DNA of 63,985 nucleotides, counting the filler, from an uncultured archaeon (lineage in GTDB: Archaea; Nanobdellota; Nanobdellia; Woesearchaeales; CAIVOO01), in assembly GCA_903842985.1 (NCBI GenBank). It is 6 parts of 6 records of this genome, joined end to end, with 100 filler letters (N's around TTAATTAATTAA, not from the genome) between each part and the next. Parts side by side here need not be neighbours in the genome. Positions count along the whole stretch, not along the records: positions 22,425 to 32,057 come from CAIMOB010000024.1; positions 32,158 to 55,422 come from CAIMOB010000027.1; 4 more parts are not named here. One strand, 5' to 3'. Numbering within the stretch: the stretch's first letter is position 1; every line of letters begins with the position of its first letter. A program made the translations under genes and the position numbers. Below are positions 28,465 through 38,695 of the stretch, one piece after another. Under the pieces are notes generated by a model. That model saw only the letters and a list, made by a program, of their open reading frames with translations, was not told the origin of the DNA and made no database searches.

Positions 28465-29718
28465 ATGCAAAAAAGAGGCCAGATGTCTGCAATGCACATA
28501 CTTGTCTATGCAATTGTTGCAATAGTTGCGGTTCTTATTTTCTACTTCGGCTACAGGGCTGTTTTCGGCGTGACTCAGGCAGAAAAGCAGTCGGCAATCG
28601 AGCTGCTTAAGCTCCAGCAGAAGGCAGACATCTCAAAAATATCCCTTCAGGAGAAGACAATGAGGTCTTATGCATATGCGCTTCCAAGCGACTACGATGA
28701 GTTCTGCTTTGTTGACCTGACAAAAAAGAACCAAATTCCAGCTGCAAACCTCACCAATCTCAAATCCAAGTATCCGATAATCTACAATTCAATCCAAAGC
28801 GAGACAAACTACAACGCATTCCTGATTGGAAAGGATACAATCTCGTACAATGTCGGAAGCGTAAAAATCAACTGTCCGCCTTATTATGCCTGCTTTAACA
28901 AGACAGGCGCAAGGCTGGTTTACAGGCTGAGCGGGATGAGGAGTTATGCAACGCCGTCAGACGTCTGCATAGAAGGGGTAAACCTGCCTCCATCTGTCGA
29001 AGGCATATCGCCAGATAAGAGCATAGAACTTGTTATCGGCGCAACACAGACATTCAAAGCAAATGCAACTGATCCAGAAGGTTCAGGCCTCAACATAACT
29101 TGGTCAATTGATTTCATGGAAAAGACAGTGACAAAGTTTAGCGAAAAAATATCCAGCGGGGCTATGACAACTCTTGCTAATCAGAAATTCTCAGATGTCG
29201 GGACTTATGTTGTTAGGGTCGTGGCTAAAGACGACAAGGACCAGATGGATTTATACGAATTCACTGTTAATGTTTTGGCAGTTCCAACTGCGCTGTCATT
29301 GAATTGTAATGTCGTATTAGGCCAATGCGCAGCAGACCAAATAAGTATTTTCTCGCTGTCTGACCAGACAAATGCGCACGCAGCCATCCCTCCTTTCAAT
29401 TATGATAATAAAGTGTGCTGTAAGGTTGGCACAGGCGCAGATCCAAAGATTTCAACATTCTGCAACCTCCCTGGCTCTGCAACTGTCATCTGGCTTTCAG
29501 GGTCAAGCAATGCGCACGCAGCCTCACATTCTGTTACAGGCTACAACAGCCAAGTCTGCATGAAGGCAGACAAGCAGATAACCTGCACAGCATCTCCACC
29601 AGGTAGCTGCGCAGGCGTATGCGTTGTAAAGCTTTCAGATTATGAAAACGCGCATCTGGCTTCCTGCAGCGATAACAGCGGGAATTATCCAATAAGCATC
29701 TGCTGCGGAATTGCATAG
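28465..29718 (+). CDS. Type IV pilin-like protein with Ig-like domain and triple LSxxxNAH Cys-rich domain
   Basis: MQKRG/QMSAMHILVYAIVAIV; N-terminal domain paralogous to the upstream gene. Confidence 0.75.
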   Translation: MQKRGQMSAMHILVYAIVAIVAVLIFYFGYRAVFGVTQAEKQSAIELLKLQQKADISKISLQEKTMRSYAYALPSDYDEFCFVDLTKKNQIPAANLTNLKSKYPIIYNSIQSETNYNAFLIGKDTISYNVGSVKINCPPYYACFNKTGARLVYRLSGMRSYATPSDVCIEGVNLPPSVEGISPDKSIELVIGATQTFKANATDPEGSGLNITWSIDFMEKTVTKFSEKISSGAMTTLANQKFSDVGTYVVRVVAKDDKDQMDLYEFTVNVLAVPTALSLNCNVVLGQCAADQISIFSLSDQTNAHAAIPPFNYDNKVCCKVGTGADPKISTFCNLPGSATVIWLSGSSNAHAASHSVTGYNSQVCMKADKQITCTASPPGSCAGVCVVKLSDYENAHLASCSDNSGNYPISICCGIA

Positions 29719-29754
29719 AAAACTTTATAATAAACAAACCTATTTTCTGGGATA

Positions 29755-32057
29755 ATGCAAAAGAAGGGACAGACAAAGATAATTCCGACGCTATCAGGAT
29801 TATCTCGCCTGCGCTCTAAAAGAGCGCAGATAACTGTTTTCATAATCATAGGCATAATACTAATAGCAGTATTTGGATTCATTTTCTACATCACGCAGGA
29901 GGTCAGCAAGATAAAGCTTGAGACAGAGGCGAACAGGATTATTGAGTCAGTCCTTGCGACAACTCCACTGAATTACTATGTCACCCTGTGCATCGAGGAG
30001 TCAACAAAAAAGGCATTAAATCTTGTTGGTAACCAGGGGGGTCCAACAAACCTGAGCGTCTACCCAAATCCGAATGTCTACTATGAAGGTTCTGGCATTA
30101 ATTTAGAGAGATTCTGCAAAGACCCAAACACTCAGGAACAGAAGATATGTGCAGAAATCCCTTACAATGTTTCATACACAGTTATGAAATGGAAAAAGGA
30201 TCCGTGGCTAAAAAATAGCAATTATGAGTTTGACGATAATATGTATCCGTGCAGCTCAAACATGAAAGACTCTCAGCCTTACACAATTTTTAACACATCA
30301 ATACAGCCAGCAGGAGGTGACTGCAACATAACTCCTGAAGACTGTGATCAGGTGCATTCAGTTCCGCCAATATCTTCATGGAATGTGAAGCCGGCATACT
30401 GCGGATTCAAAAATAACATAACTGCTTTTCCAGCTCTCCGCATTGTGCAGTACGGCGAATCTGATTTCACAACACCCCTCTGCAAGGAAGGGCAGTGCCT
30501 CACAGACATATTGATGATTGAGTACCCTTTCAGGACAGACAAGAATCCGCTCCGCATCTCTGCGACGAGCATAAATATTTCAACACCTGAAGGCCAAAAG
30601 AGAATTGAAAGGACAAGCGTGCAGTCGCAGATGGAGAAATCAATTGCAGAGTTCACCAACCAGTGCGTGAATTTCTCTTCAGTGGAGGCGTTCAGGACAG
30701 CGCTTACCATAACCCAGCAGAACGTTTCAGTAAACCTCACAATGGCGGACAATGGCATAGAAATCCTGGCGCAATTCCCGCTGACAATAAAGATACAGGA
30801 TTACGAGCCAGTAATCAAGGTGCTCCAGTTCAAGAGCTTTGTGCCTGTCAGGCTCAAACCAGTCTACAAGCTTGCAAGATACATTTCTGAAAGGGAAAAC
30901 ACAGACTTAAATTTCTCAATCGAAAGAGACTGGAGCTTAAATAAGTACTACAAGCCTGAATTTTATCTTGAAATATTTGAGACAGGAAAAAAGACAACAT
31001 GCGACAACCAGGGCTGCACTGCCCAGGCTGATCCAGTAACTGTGCCTGAAGGCGCAAGGATAATCAGGATAACAGACTCCAGCGCTTTTAACAACCTAAG
31101 AAACGGGCCGTTTACTTTCCAGTTTGCAATACAGAACAGGCCGCCTGCGCTTGATTACATCGGCGAAAACCCAAATCCCGTTGGCTACGACATTGTTGCC
31201 ATCGAAAACCAGACAATAACAATAAAGCCGAATGCAACAGACCCCGACGATGACAATATAACCTATGCTTATTCCGGATGGAAAGGAACTTGGAATGAGA
31301 CATTTACAGAAGGCCCCGGCTGCAGGAATGACCCGCTCAGCTGCATAAAGCGTGAACCATTGACACAAAACGAATGGCAGCATTCAGGTTTGTTTACTGC
31401 AACTAAAAGTGCAGCAAATTATACAACAAGGCATTATGACATAGGTCCGCACAATGTTACTGTCTGCGCAGTTGACGAGCACATCCTGAGCGACTGCCAG
31501 ACAATAAGGATTTTAGTGGATGATGAGTTCAAGGTTTTGGCGTTCGCAACCAACAATTATGCAGATGAGTTTGCAAAGAACGTAACTTCATTCGAGGACC
31601 CTCTTTTTCTGAATGCGCAAGTAATTGATTATTTCAGCCCAGGAAATGTGAACTATGACTGGCCAGCATATAAAATAACTCCAGGCGGGCTTGTCAAAAA
31701 AGGAACACAGGGAGGAACAATCTACTCAGGAATCAAACCAATGCCATTAGTTCCACTAGATTCGCAGGACCTAAGTTACCTAGGCAGCATTTACAATGAC
31801 ATAAGAAAAATAAATCAGTTCTTCACAGCAAAGGTAGGGAATCCACTCACAGATACAGGAGGATACATGCTGCTTGTAAATGTCGAAAAAAATCCAGGCG
31901 GCACAAAAGCACACAGTACAGTCAACATGACATTTTATCAGTGCCTTCCGCACTCAGATACAACCCCGCCAATAATGCATGACGCGCCGTTCCCATTCAA
32001 TGCAAGCGACCCGTACCAGGCAGACCACATCTGCTGCGTTGGGAATTCACCGAACAC
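29755..32057 (+). CDS. Large type IV pilin-like protein, 3'-truncated
   Basis: KRA/QITVFIIIGIILI class III signal; NRPPALD...ATDPDDD Ig-like domain. Confidence 0.75.
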
Positions 32058-32157
32058 NNNNNNNNNNNNNNNNNNNNNNNNNNNNNNNNNNNNNNNNNNN
32101 NTTAATTAATTAANNNNNNNNNNNNNNNNNNNNNNNNNNNNNNNNNNNNNNNNNNNN
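32058..32157. other. Artificial contig linker
   Basis: N-TTAATTAATTAA-N. Confidence 0.99.
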
Positions 32158-32159
32158 AT

Positions 32160-33560
32160 TTAAATTATTATTTTTTTAATTATTTCTTTTAATTCCACAG
32201 GGTTTGCAGTTCCTTTTGTCTTTCTCATAACCTGCCCGACCAAGAAATTCAAGGCTTCAAGCTTGCCTTTTTTATAATCATTAACAACAGTTGGGTTTTC
32301 TTTCACAGCTTCCTCACACAGCTTCTTTAACTCAGAAGCGCCTGCAACCATTCCAAGTTTCTCCTTTTTAACATAGTCTTTTGGCGAGAATGTCTTTACA
32401 AGCATCTTTTCCAGGATTTTCTTTGCAACCGTCTCTGTTATCTCGCCTTTCTCAACCATCACAATAAGCTCGATTATGTGCTTTTCATCAACATCAAGAT
32501 CTTCAAGCTCTTTTTTATTGTAATGCGCGATTCTTGGCAGCTCCCTTCTCAGCCATTTGGCTGCAACAAGTGGGTTTATCTCTGCTGCAAGCTTCTCAAA
32601 CAAGTCAGCAAGGATTATTTCAGCTGACAGAATCTCAGCATCTTCAGGCTTTATCTTGTGCAGCTTGACGAATCTTTTTACTTTTTCAGAAGGAAGCTCT
32701 GGCATTTCTTTTTTCGCCTTTTCAATAACTTCTTTTGTTATGTCTATTACAACAAGGTCAGGGTCAAAGATGTAGCCGTAATCCTCCTCCGTCTCCTTGC
32801 TTCTTAAGAAGAATGTCGCGCCTGTTTCAGGGTTCCAGCCCCTTGTCTCCTGCTTTATTTTTTTACCTTCCTTCACTTCTTTTTTCTGCCTTTCAATCTC
32901 ATACTTAACTGCATTTTCTATCTCCTTAAATCCCGAAACATTCTTTACTTCAATCTTTGTATTTCCCGATTCTGCCACCGAAACATTGACATCTGCCTTT
33001 ATTATGCATTTTTTGATGTCAAAGATCTTCAGGTACTTCAAAATTGTTATGAGCCTTTTCATGAAGTCGCGCGCTTCCTCTGCGCTACCTATGTCTGGCT
33101 TTGTCACAATCTCGCAGAGCGGCCTTCCGCTTCGGTTATAGTCGACAAGAACATAAGGGGATGTTTCCATGCTTCCCTTATGCACCAATGATGCAGGATC
33201 TTCTTCAAGATGCACTCTTATTATACCAATTTCTTTTTCACCAATCTTTATGCTTCCTTCCCTGCCAAGCGGAATCTCGTACTGTGTTATCTGATAATTT
33301 TTTGACATATCTGGGTAGAAATATGATTTTCTTGAGAAAATAAGTTCAGGGGATATTTTGCAGTTCAATGCAAGCGCAAGCTTCAGAGCATAGTCAATCG
33401 CCTTCTTGTTCACAACAGGCTTTGAGCCAGGATGGCCGAGGCAAACTTCGCAGGTTGCGCTGTTTGGAATCTCTGCTGTTGTGGAGCAGCCGCAGAAAAG
33501 CTTTGACTCTGTGTCAAGCTCGACATGAACCTCCATTCCTATCATCACATCCGGCTTCAT
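32160..33560 (-). CDS. gatB: Asp/Glu-tRNA amidotransferase subunit B
   Basis: IGMEVHVEL, RKSYFYPD, HLEED, DYNRSG, FLVGQVMR. Confidence 0.97.
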   Translation of the reverse strand: MKPDVMIGMEVHVELDTESKLFCGCSTTAEIPNSATCEVCLGHPGSKPVVNKKAIDYALKLALALNCKISPELIFSRKSYFYPDMSKNYQITQYEIPLGREGSIKIGEKEIGIIRVHLEEDPASLVHKGSMETSPYVLVDYNRSGRPLCEIVTKPDIGSAEEARDFMKRLITILKYLKIFDIKKCIIKADVNVSVAESGNTKIEVKNVSGFKEIENAVKYEIERQKKEVKEGKKIKQETRGWNPETGATFFLRSKETEEDYGYIFDPDLVVIDITKEVIEKAKKEMPELPSEKVKRFVKLHKIKPEDAEILSAEIILADLFEKLAAEINPLVAAKWLRRELPRIAHYNKKELEDLDVDEKHIIELIVMVEKGEITETVAKKILEKMLVKTFSPKDYVKKEKLGMVAGASELKKLCEEAVKENPTVVNDYKKGKLEALNFLVGQVMRKTKGTANPVELKEIIKKIII

Positions 33561-34936
33561 TCCAACCTCTTTCCAAGTTCAATTAAATTTTTCTCCTTTA
33601 GATGGTCTGCAATTAGCATCATGCCAACAGGCAGTTCTTTTGCAAATCCGGCATTGATTGAAAGATGCGGCAGGCCAGCAAGATTCGGACCTGCTGTCAG
33701 GATATCCATCATGTAGTTCTGCAGCGGAGTTAGTTTTTCTATTTCCTCGAACTTCGGCGGAAGAATTGGCATTGTCGGCGAGATAATGACATCATATTTC
33801 TTGAAAATCTTCTTGTATTCTTCAATTATCTTTGTCCTCACGCTTGCGGCCTTAAGGTAATAAGCGTCCCTGAAGCCAGACATCCTTGCAAATGTTCCCA
33901 AAATTATTCTTTTCTTTGCCTCTTTTCCGAAATTCTCGCTCCTTACCCTTGAAAAATACTCATTAAAGCTTCCTTCAAGCTTGTCATATGCGCCGTATCT
34001 CATCCCGCAGTATTTTGCAAGGTTTGTTGAAGCTTCTGAAGTCGCAAGCAGGTAATATGTTGCAATGCAGTACTTATTTGTCAAAGGCAGGCTGATTTCA
34101 TCATATTCAACGCAGTCAAGCTTTTTCAGCACAGTCTTTTTCACGTTTTCATCAATGTCGTTGAATCCATCCTTGATTATTGCAATCTTTTTCACAGACG
34201 GCTTTTGCATCTGTTCTTTAAGCGATGTTGAATCTTTTGAGTCATGTCCTGAGATTATATCCAGCATCAGCTCAGCATCTTCAACTGTCTTTGCAATCGA
34301 TCCTATTTTGTCAAGTGAATTGGCATAGTCAATCAGCCCATATCTTGAAACTAATCCGTATGTCGGAGTCAAGCCAGCAACTCCGCAGAATGATGCAGGG
34401 CAGGCAATTGAGCCGCCTGTTGACTGGCCCAATGAGATTTGAATGTTTTTTGCCTTCTGGGTCCAGCCAGCTGCTCCGCCAGAGCTTCCGCCGCAGGCTC
34501 TTGTTTTGTCAAACGGATTCAGAGGCCTGTTGAAGCCCAGGCCAACATTTGCTGAAAAGCTCCCAAAGCCGAATTCATCCTGTGCAGTCTTTCCAATTAT
34601 TATTGCGCCTTCATCAATTGCTTTTTGGACAGCGGTTGCATTGAACACAGGCAGGTATCCTTCAAGTATTTTTGAGCCTGCCCTTGATTCAACATCCTTT
34701 ACGCAGATGCAGTCTTTCACAGAAATAGGAACTCCAAGCAACCTTCCCTTTGCCTTGCTTAATTTTATTTTCTTGTCAAGCTCTCTCGCCTGCTTCAGCG
34801 CAAGCTCTTTTGAGATGATGTTGAAATATTTGTATTCTGAATTTACTTTTTCAGCTTCCTTCAGGATTTTTTCTGTATTTTCTTCTACAGATACATCCCC
34901 TTTTTTCACTTCATTGACAAATTCTTTTATTTTCAT
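33557..34936 (-). CDS. gatA: Asp/Glu-tRNA amidotransferase subunit A
   Basis: GVPISVKD, GGSSGG, STGGSI-PASFCG amidase signature. Confidence 0.95.
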   Translation of the reverse strand: MKIKEFVNEVKKGDVSVEENTEKILKEAEKVNSEYKYFNIISKELALKQARELDKKIKLSKAKGRLLGVPISVKDCICVKDVESRAGSKILEGYLPVFNATAVQKAIDEGAIIIGKTAQDEFGFGSFSANVGLGFNRPLNPFDKTRACGGSSGGAAGWTQKAKNIQISLGQSTGGSIACPASFCGVAGLTPTYGLVSRYGLIDYANSLDKIGSIAKTVEDAELMLDIISGHDSKDSTSLKEQMQKPSVKKIAIIKDGFNDIDENVKKTVLKKLDCVEYDEISLPLTNKYCIATYYLLATSEASTNLAKYCGMRYGAYDKLEGSFNEYFSRVRSENFGKEAKKRIILGTFARMSGFRDAYYLKAASVRTKIIEEYKKIFKKYDVIISPTMPILPPKFEEIEKLTPLQNYMMDILTAGPNLAGLPHLSINAGFAKELPVGMMLIADHLKEKNLIELGKRLE

Positions 34937-35214
34937 AAACTTATCTTGATCAGGTTTGTTACTGCTAAAATTATTATTGATACAAGGAAGAATATCACAA
35001 ACTGCGTTTTCTTAGATGAAAGGTCAACCTCTGTTTTATACTCCCAGCTTAGGGCCATGAACTGCAGAACAATCCCAGCAATTCCAACTAGGTTTAGGTA
35101 AATGTAGCCCAGTCTATTGAAAATCACAGCAAGCAGCACAAGAAGTATGCCTGATGATTCAAGAATTGTCCCCCTGTTCATGTCAAGCATTTCTCTTAGT
35201 TTTGGAATCGGCAT
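34933..35214 (-). CDS. Small three-TM membrane protein inside the gat operon
   Basis: Hydrophobic 93-aa ORF tightly packed between gatC and gatA. Confidence 0.6.
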   Translation of the reverse strand: MPIPKLREMLDMNRGTILESSGILLVLLAVIFNRLGYIYLNLVGIAGIVLQFMALSWEYKTEVDLSSKKTQFVIFFLVSIIILAVTNLIKISL

Positions 35215-35215
35215 T

Positions 35216-35500
35216 TTAGACAGCCCTCGGCCCCTTGAAATATCCGTCCTTCTTGTTCTGCGCGTTTTTCAGCGCTTCTTCCTGCGTCAATGAAGGCTTT
35301 GGCTTGTCTTCCCTTAATGCATTCTTCACTTCAACAGGCTGGAAGCTTGGTTTTGTGTTTTTTGTGTCAACTTCATCAAGCTTCGAGAAATAATCAATTA
35401 TCTCCTTGAACTGCGGGATGAACTCCCTTATTTCATTGCCACTAAGGTTAAGCCTTGCGTTTGCAGCAACCCTTTTTATCAGCGCATCGTCAACTTTCAT
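35216..35500 (-). CDS. gatC: Asp/Glu-tRNA amidotransferase subunit C
   Basis: VAANARL, LREDKP, ALKNA, GYFKGP. Confidence 0.92.
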   Translation of the reverse strand: MKVDDALIKRVAANARLNLSGNEIREFIPQFKEIIDYFSKLDEVDTKNTKPSFQPVEVKNALREDKPKPSLTQEEALKNAQNKKDGYFKGPRAV

Positions 35501-35532
35501 AGGTATTTAGAAAGCTGTTTTATTTATAAAGA

Positions 35533-36204
35533 TTATGGCATACGCCTTGTTGAGTTTGTTTTCTCAAACTCCTCAATTGCCTTAAGAATATTTTTAATGC
35601 TGCCCCTGACAACCTTGTTTGAATACTTGACAAGTTCATCTGACCTGGGATTTAATGCTATTGCAAACCCCGCTGATTTTGCCATTTTTACATCTGCTTC
35701 ATCATGCCCCACAACAATTACATCTTTCAAGTCAATGTTATGCTTCCTGCAAAGCTCCCTCAGCGCTTCTGCCTTGTTGCCGAAGCGGATTGGCCAATGC
35801 TTTATGTCCCTGCTTCCGACAATTTTGTTGTTTTTAATCAGCAATTCATTTGTGTAAATGTAATCTAGCCCTAATTCTTCCTTTGCCATTTCTGCCAGCT
35901 CCTTTGGCCCTGCCGAGATTATTGCAATTTTATATCCTTCTTTCTTCAGCTCTTTTGCAGTTTCCTTTACATCTGGCAGGTATTTTATTTTTTTAATCAA
36001 ATCAAAATAAGGTTTTGCAGGCTTCCCTTTCCACAGCCTGCCAACAACTTCGTCAACAAGCTTCTGGTAATCTGTCTTGACATACCTTTCTGTTAATTCA
36101 GCGCCCTCTTCATAAGTTCCGTATGCTTTGTGCAGTTCCAGCCAGAAATTAATGTGCTCAAAGATAACACCGTCCATGTCAAATATTATTAATTTCATTT
36201 TCAA
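35533..36204 (-). CDS. HAD-superfamily phosphatase (SerB-like)
   Basis: IFDMDGV motif I, ISAG, NKA, VGH-EADV. Confidence 0.85.
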   Translation of the reverse strand: MKMKLIIFDMDGVIFEHINFWLELHKAYGTYEEGAELTERYVKTDYQKLVDEVVGRLWKGKPAKPYFDLIKKIKYLPDVKETAKELKKEGYKIAIISAGPKELAEMAKEELGLDYIYTNELLIKNNKIVGSRDIKHWPIRFGNKAEALRELCRKHNIDLKDVIVVGHDEADVKMAKSAGFAIALNPRSDELVKYSNKVVRGSIKNILKAIEEFEKTNSTRRMP

Positions 36205-36226
36205 GCCCTTCTACAGAATTATGATT

Positions 36227-37978
36227 TTATTTTTTTCCAACATCAAACTTCATGTGCAGTTCCTTCAAAAGATTGGCATCTGGCACAGAAGGACAGCCGT
36301 CCATTGGGCATTCACCTGCCTTTGTCTTCGGGAATGCGATAACTTCCCTGATATCGTTGAAGCCGCACATCAGGGCAACCAACCTGTCGAATCCTGGTGC
36401 AACCCCGCCGTGAGGTGGAGCGCCGTACTTGAATGCCTCCATCAGGAATCCGAATTTCTCATTTGCCTCCTCTTTTGAAATGCCAATTATGCTCAGGACC
36501 TTTTCCTGTATATCTGGGCGGTGAATTCTTATTGAGCCAGAGGCAATCTCAATCCCGTTGAGCACAAGGTCGTAAAGCTGGCCTAGCACTTTCGAAGGGT
36601 CCTTGTCGAGCAGGGCAATATGCTCTGGCTTTGGCATTGTGAAGACGTGGTGCATTGGCTCCCATTTTTCCTCTTCTTCGTTCCAGCCGAACATTGGATA
36701 GTCAACAACCCAGCAGAATTTGAAATCTTTTTCATTGTAGAGCTTCAGTTCCTTGCCAAAATGATTTCTTAAAGCAGCAAGCGAGGCATTTACAACATTT
36801 GGTTTGTCAGCAACCAGGAATATTACGTCGCCGTCGCCAGCGCCTGATTTCTTCTTCAGTTCAGACTGAATGCCCGTGTTCATGTACTTGGTTACAGATG
36901 ATTCCATTTCTCCTTTCTCAATTTTTATCGAGACAAGCCCTTTTGCGCCGTACGGCTTGACAGTATTAATCAGATGGTCAAGCTCTTTTCTTGTAAATGA
37001 GCATTTTTTCACACATAATCCTTTAATCATCTCTGCTTTCTTGAAAATCTCAAACTCAGATTTTTTAAGTGTGTCAGTTACATTAAACAATTCCATTCCA
37101 AACCTTAAATCCGGCTTGTCACAGCCGTATTTTTCCATTGCTTCTTTGTAGGGAATTCTTGGGAATGGAATTTTCAAATCAACATCAATTGTTTTCTTGA
37201 AAATGTGCTTCATCAAGGCATCTGCCAATTCGTAAATGTCAAATTCATTTATGAAACTCATCTCCAAATCTATCTGCGTGAATTCAAGCTGTCTGTCAAC
37301 CCTCAAATCCTCATCTCTTAGGCAGCGCGCAAGCTGGTAATATCTGTCACAGCCGCCGACCATAAGCAGCTGCTTGTAAAGCTGCGGGCTCTGCGGCAGA
37401 GAATATGTTTTTCCAGGATTAATCCTGCTTGGAACCAAAAAATCTCTGGCGCCCTCTGGCGTGTTCCTGACCAATAATGGAGTTTCTATTTCAAGAAATC
37501 CTTTTGAATTAAGATACTCCCTTGTTGCCTGCATTGCCTTGTGTCTTATCAGCAGATGCTTCTGCATCATAGGCCTTCTCAAATCCAAGTAGCGGAATTT
37601 TAATCTTGCATCATCATTTGCAACAACTCTGTCATCAACTTCTAAGGGAGGGGTTTCTGATTTGTTAAGGATTTCAAGCTTTGAAACTGAAATTTCAACA
37701 TCGCCAGTTATCATTTTCGGGTTTTCTGTACCCTCTGGCCTCTGCCTGACAACACCTTCAATCTCAATTACGTCTTCCCTTCTCAAATTGTATGCAAGCT
37801 CGTGCGCCTGTTTCGATGTCTTTGGGTCAAAAACAATCTGCGTAAATCCGTACCGGTCCCTTAAATCAATGAAAGTCAGCCCGCCATGGTCGCGCCTTAC
37901 ATGGACCCAGCCATCTAGAACTACCTTGCTTCCAATCTCATTTTTTGTCAGTTCTCCGCAAGTGTGTGTTCTGCGCAT
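36227..37978 (-). CDS. aspS: Aspartyl-tRNA synthetase, bacterial type with GAD insert, probably non-discriminating
   Basis: MRRTHTCGEL, RRDHGG, TPEGARDFLVP, LPQSPQ, PPHGG, IREVIAFPKT. Confidence 0.96.
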   Translation of the reverse strand: MRRTHTCGELTKNEIGSKVVLDGWVHVRRDHGGLTFIDLRDRYGFTQIVFDPKTSKQAHELAYNLRREDVIEIEGVVRQRPEGTENPKMITGDVEISVSKLEILNKSETPPLEVDDRVVANDDARLKFRYLDLRRPMMQKHLLIRHKAMQATREYLNSKGFLEIETPLLVRNTPEGARDFLVPSRINPGKTYSLPQSPQLYKQLLMVGGCDRYYQLARCLRDEDLRVDRQLEFTQIDLEMSFINEFDIYELADALMKHIFKKTIDVDLKIPFPRIPYKEAMEKYGCDKPDLRFGMELFNVTDTLKKSEFEIFKKAEMIKGLCVKKCSFTRKELDHLINTVKPYGAKGLVSIKIEKGEMESSVTKYMNTGIQSELKKKSGAGDGDVIFLVADKPNVVNASLAALRNHFGKELKLYNEKDFKFCWVVDYPMFGWNEEEEKWEPMHHVFTMPKPEHIALLDKDPSKVLGQLYDLVLNGIEIASGSIRIHRPDIQEKVLSIIGISKEEANEKFGFLMEAFKYGAPPHGGVAPGFDRLVALMCGFNDIREVIAFPKTKAGECPMDGCPSVPDANLLKELHMKFDVGKK

Positions 37979-38051
37979 AACTGTTCTTTTTCTAAAGAAA
38001 TATATAAACATAATTATTTACGATATTGAAAATTATTTCTCCAATACCTAT

Positions 38052-38621
38052 TTATCTCTTCAGCTTCAGGTTCAACGCAAGCTCTTCCAGCTTTTTTAGG
38101 TCGTATTTTATCCCGTCAAACTTCTTTCTAAGAATTCCGTTCCTGAAATCAAACTTCAGGAATTCGCCGTAAATGTCAAAAACCAGGTCTTTTATTTTCA
38201 GCGCATCTTCAGCGTTCCCTTTTATTACTGAATCAATTGCTTTCCTCACAAGCTCGCCTGTCAGGTCGCAGATGCCGAGCAGATATCCTTCGGAATCAAC
38301 GTCAAGCTCCCTGTGCGTTGGTATCTTGTTATCCTTAACAAAATGATAGTACGCAAGCGCCTCAACAAACTCCTGGACAGCCATCTTATACGTTGGTGAA
38401 TAATAAAGCTCCGGATGATTTTTCGTGAGCGCCTTCAGGCTTGAAAGCTCCTTTTTTATTTCAGAAACAAGCCTGTCAACATTTTCTCCCCTATGAATGC
38501 CGTAAATTATCTGCTTTGAAAGCTTTACTACTTTTCTCGAATCCTTGATAAGCGAATCACGCTGCTCATCAAACTTTGAGATTTCATCCCTCATTTCTTC
38601 GAAATCATTTGAATTAAGCAT
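38052..38621 (-). CDS. Translin/Trax (C3PO) family protein
   Basis: QEFVEA and YLLGICDLTGELVR motifs. Confidence 0.9.
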   Translation of the reverse strand: MLNSNDFEEMRDEISKFDEQRDSLIKDSRKVVKLSKQIIYGIHRGENVDRLVSEIKKELSSLKALTKNHPELYYSPTYKMAVQEFVEALAYYHFVKDNKIPTHRELDVDSEGYLLGICDLTGELVRKAIDSVIKGNAEDALKIKDLVFDIYGEFLKFDFRNGILRKKFDGIKYDLKKLEELALNLKLKR

Positions 38622-38643
38622 ACTATATGCAAAATAAAGGTAT

Positions 38644-38673
38644 TTTATAAACTTTTACCCAAAATTTTATAAA
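38644..38673. promoter_or_regulatory. Back-to-back archaeal TATA boxes for translin and serS (probably leaderless mRNAs)
   Basis: TTTATAAA at 38644-38651 and 38666-38673, each 22 nt from the respective ATG. Confidence 0.6.
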
Positions 38674-38695
38674 CCCCGATTTGATAAGTTCAGAT

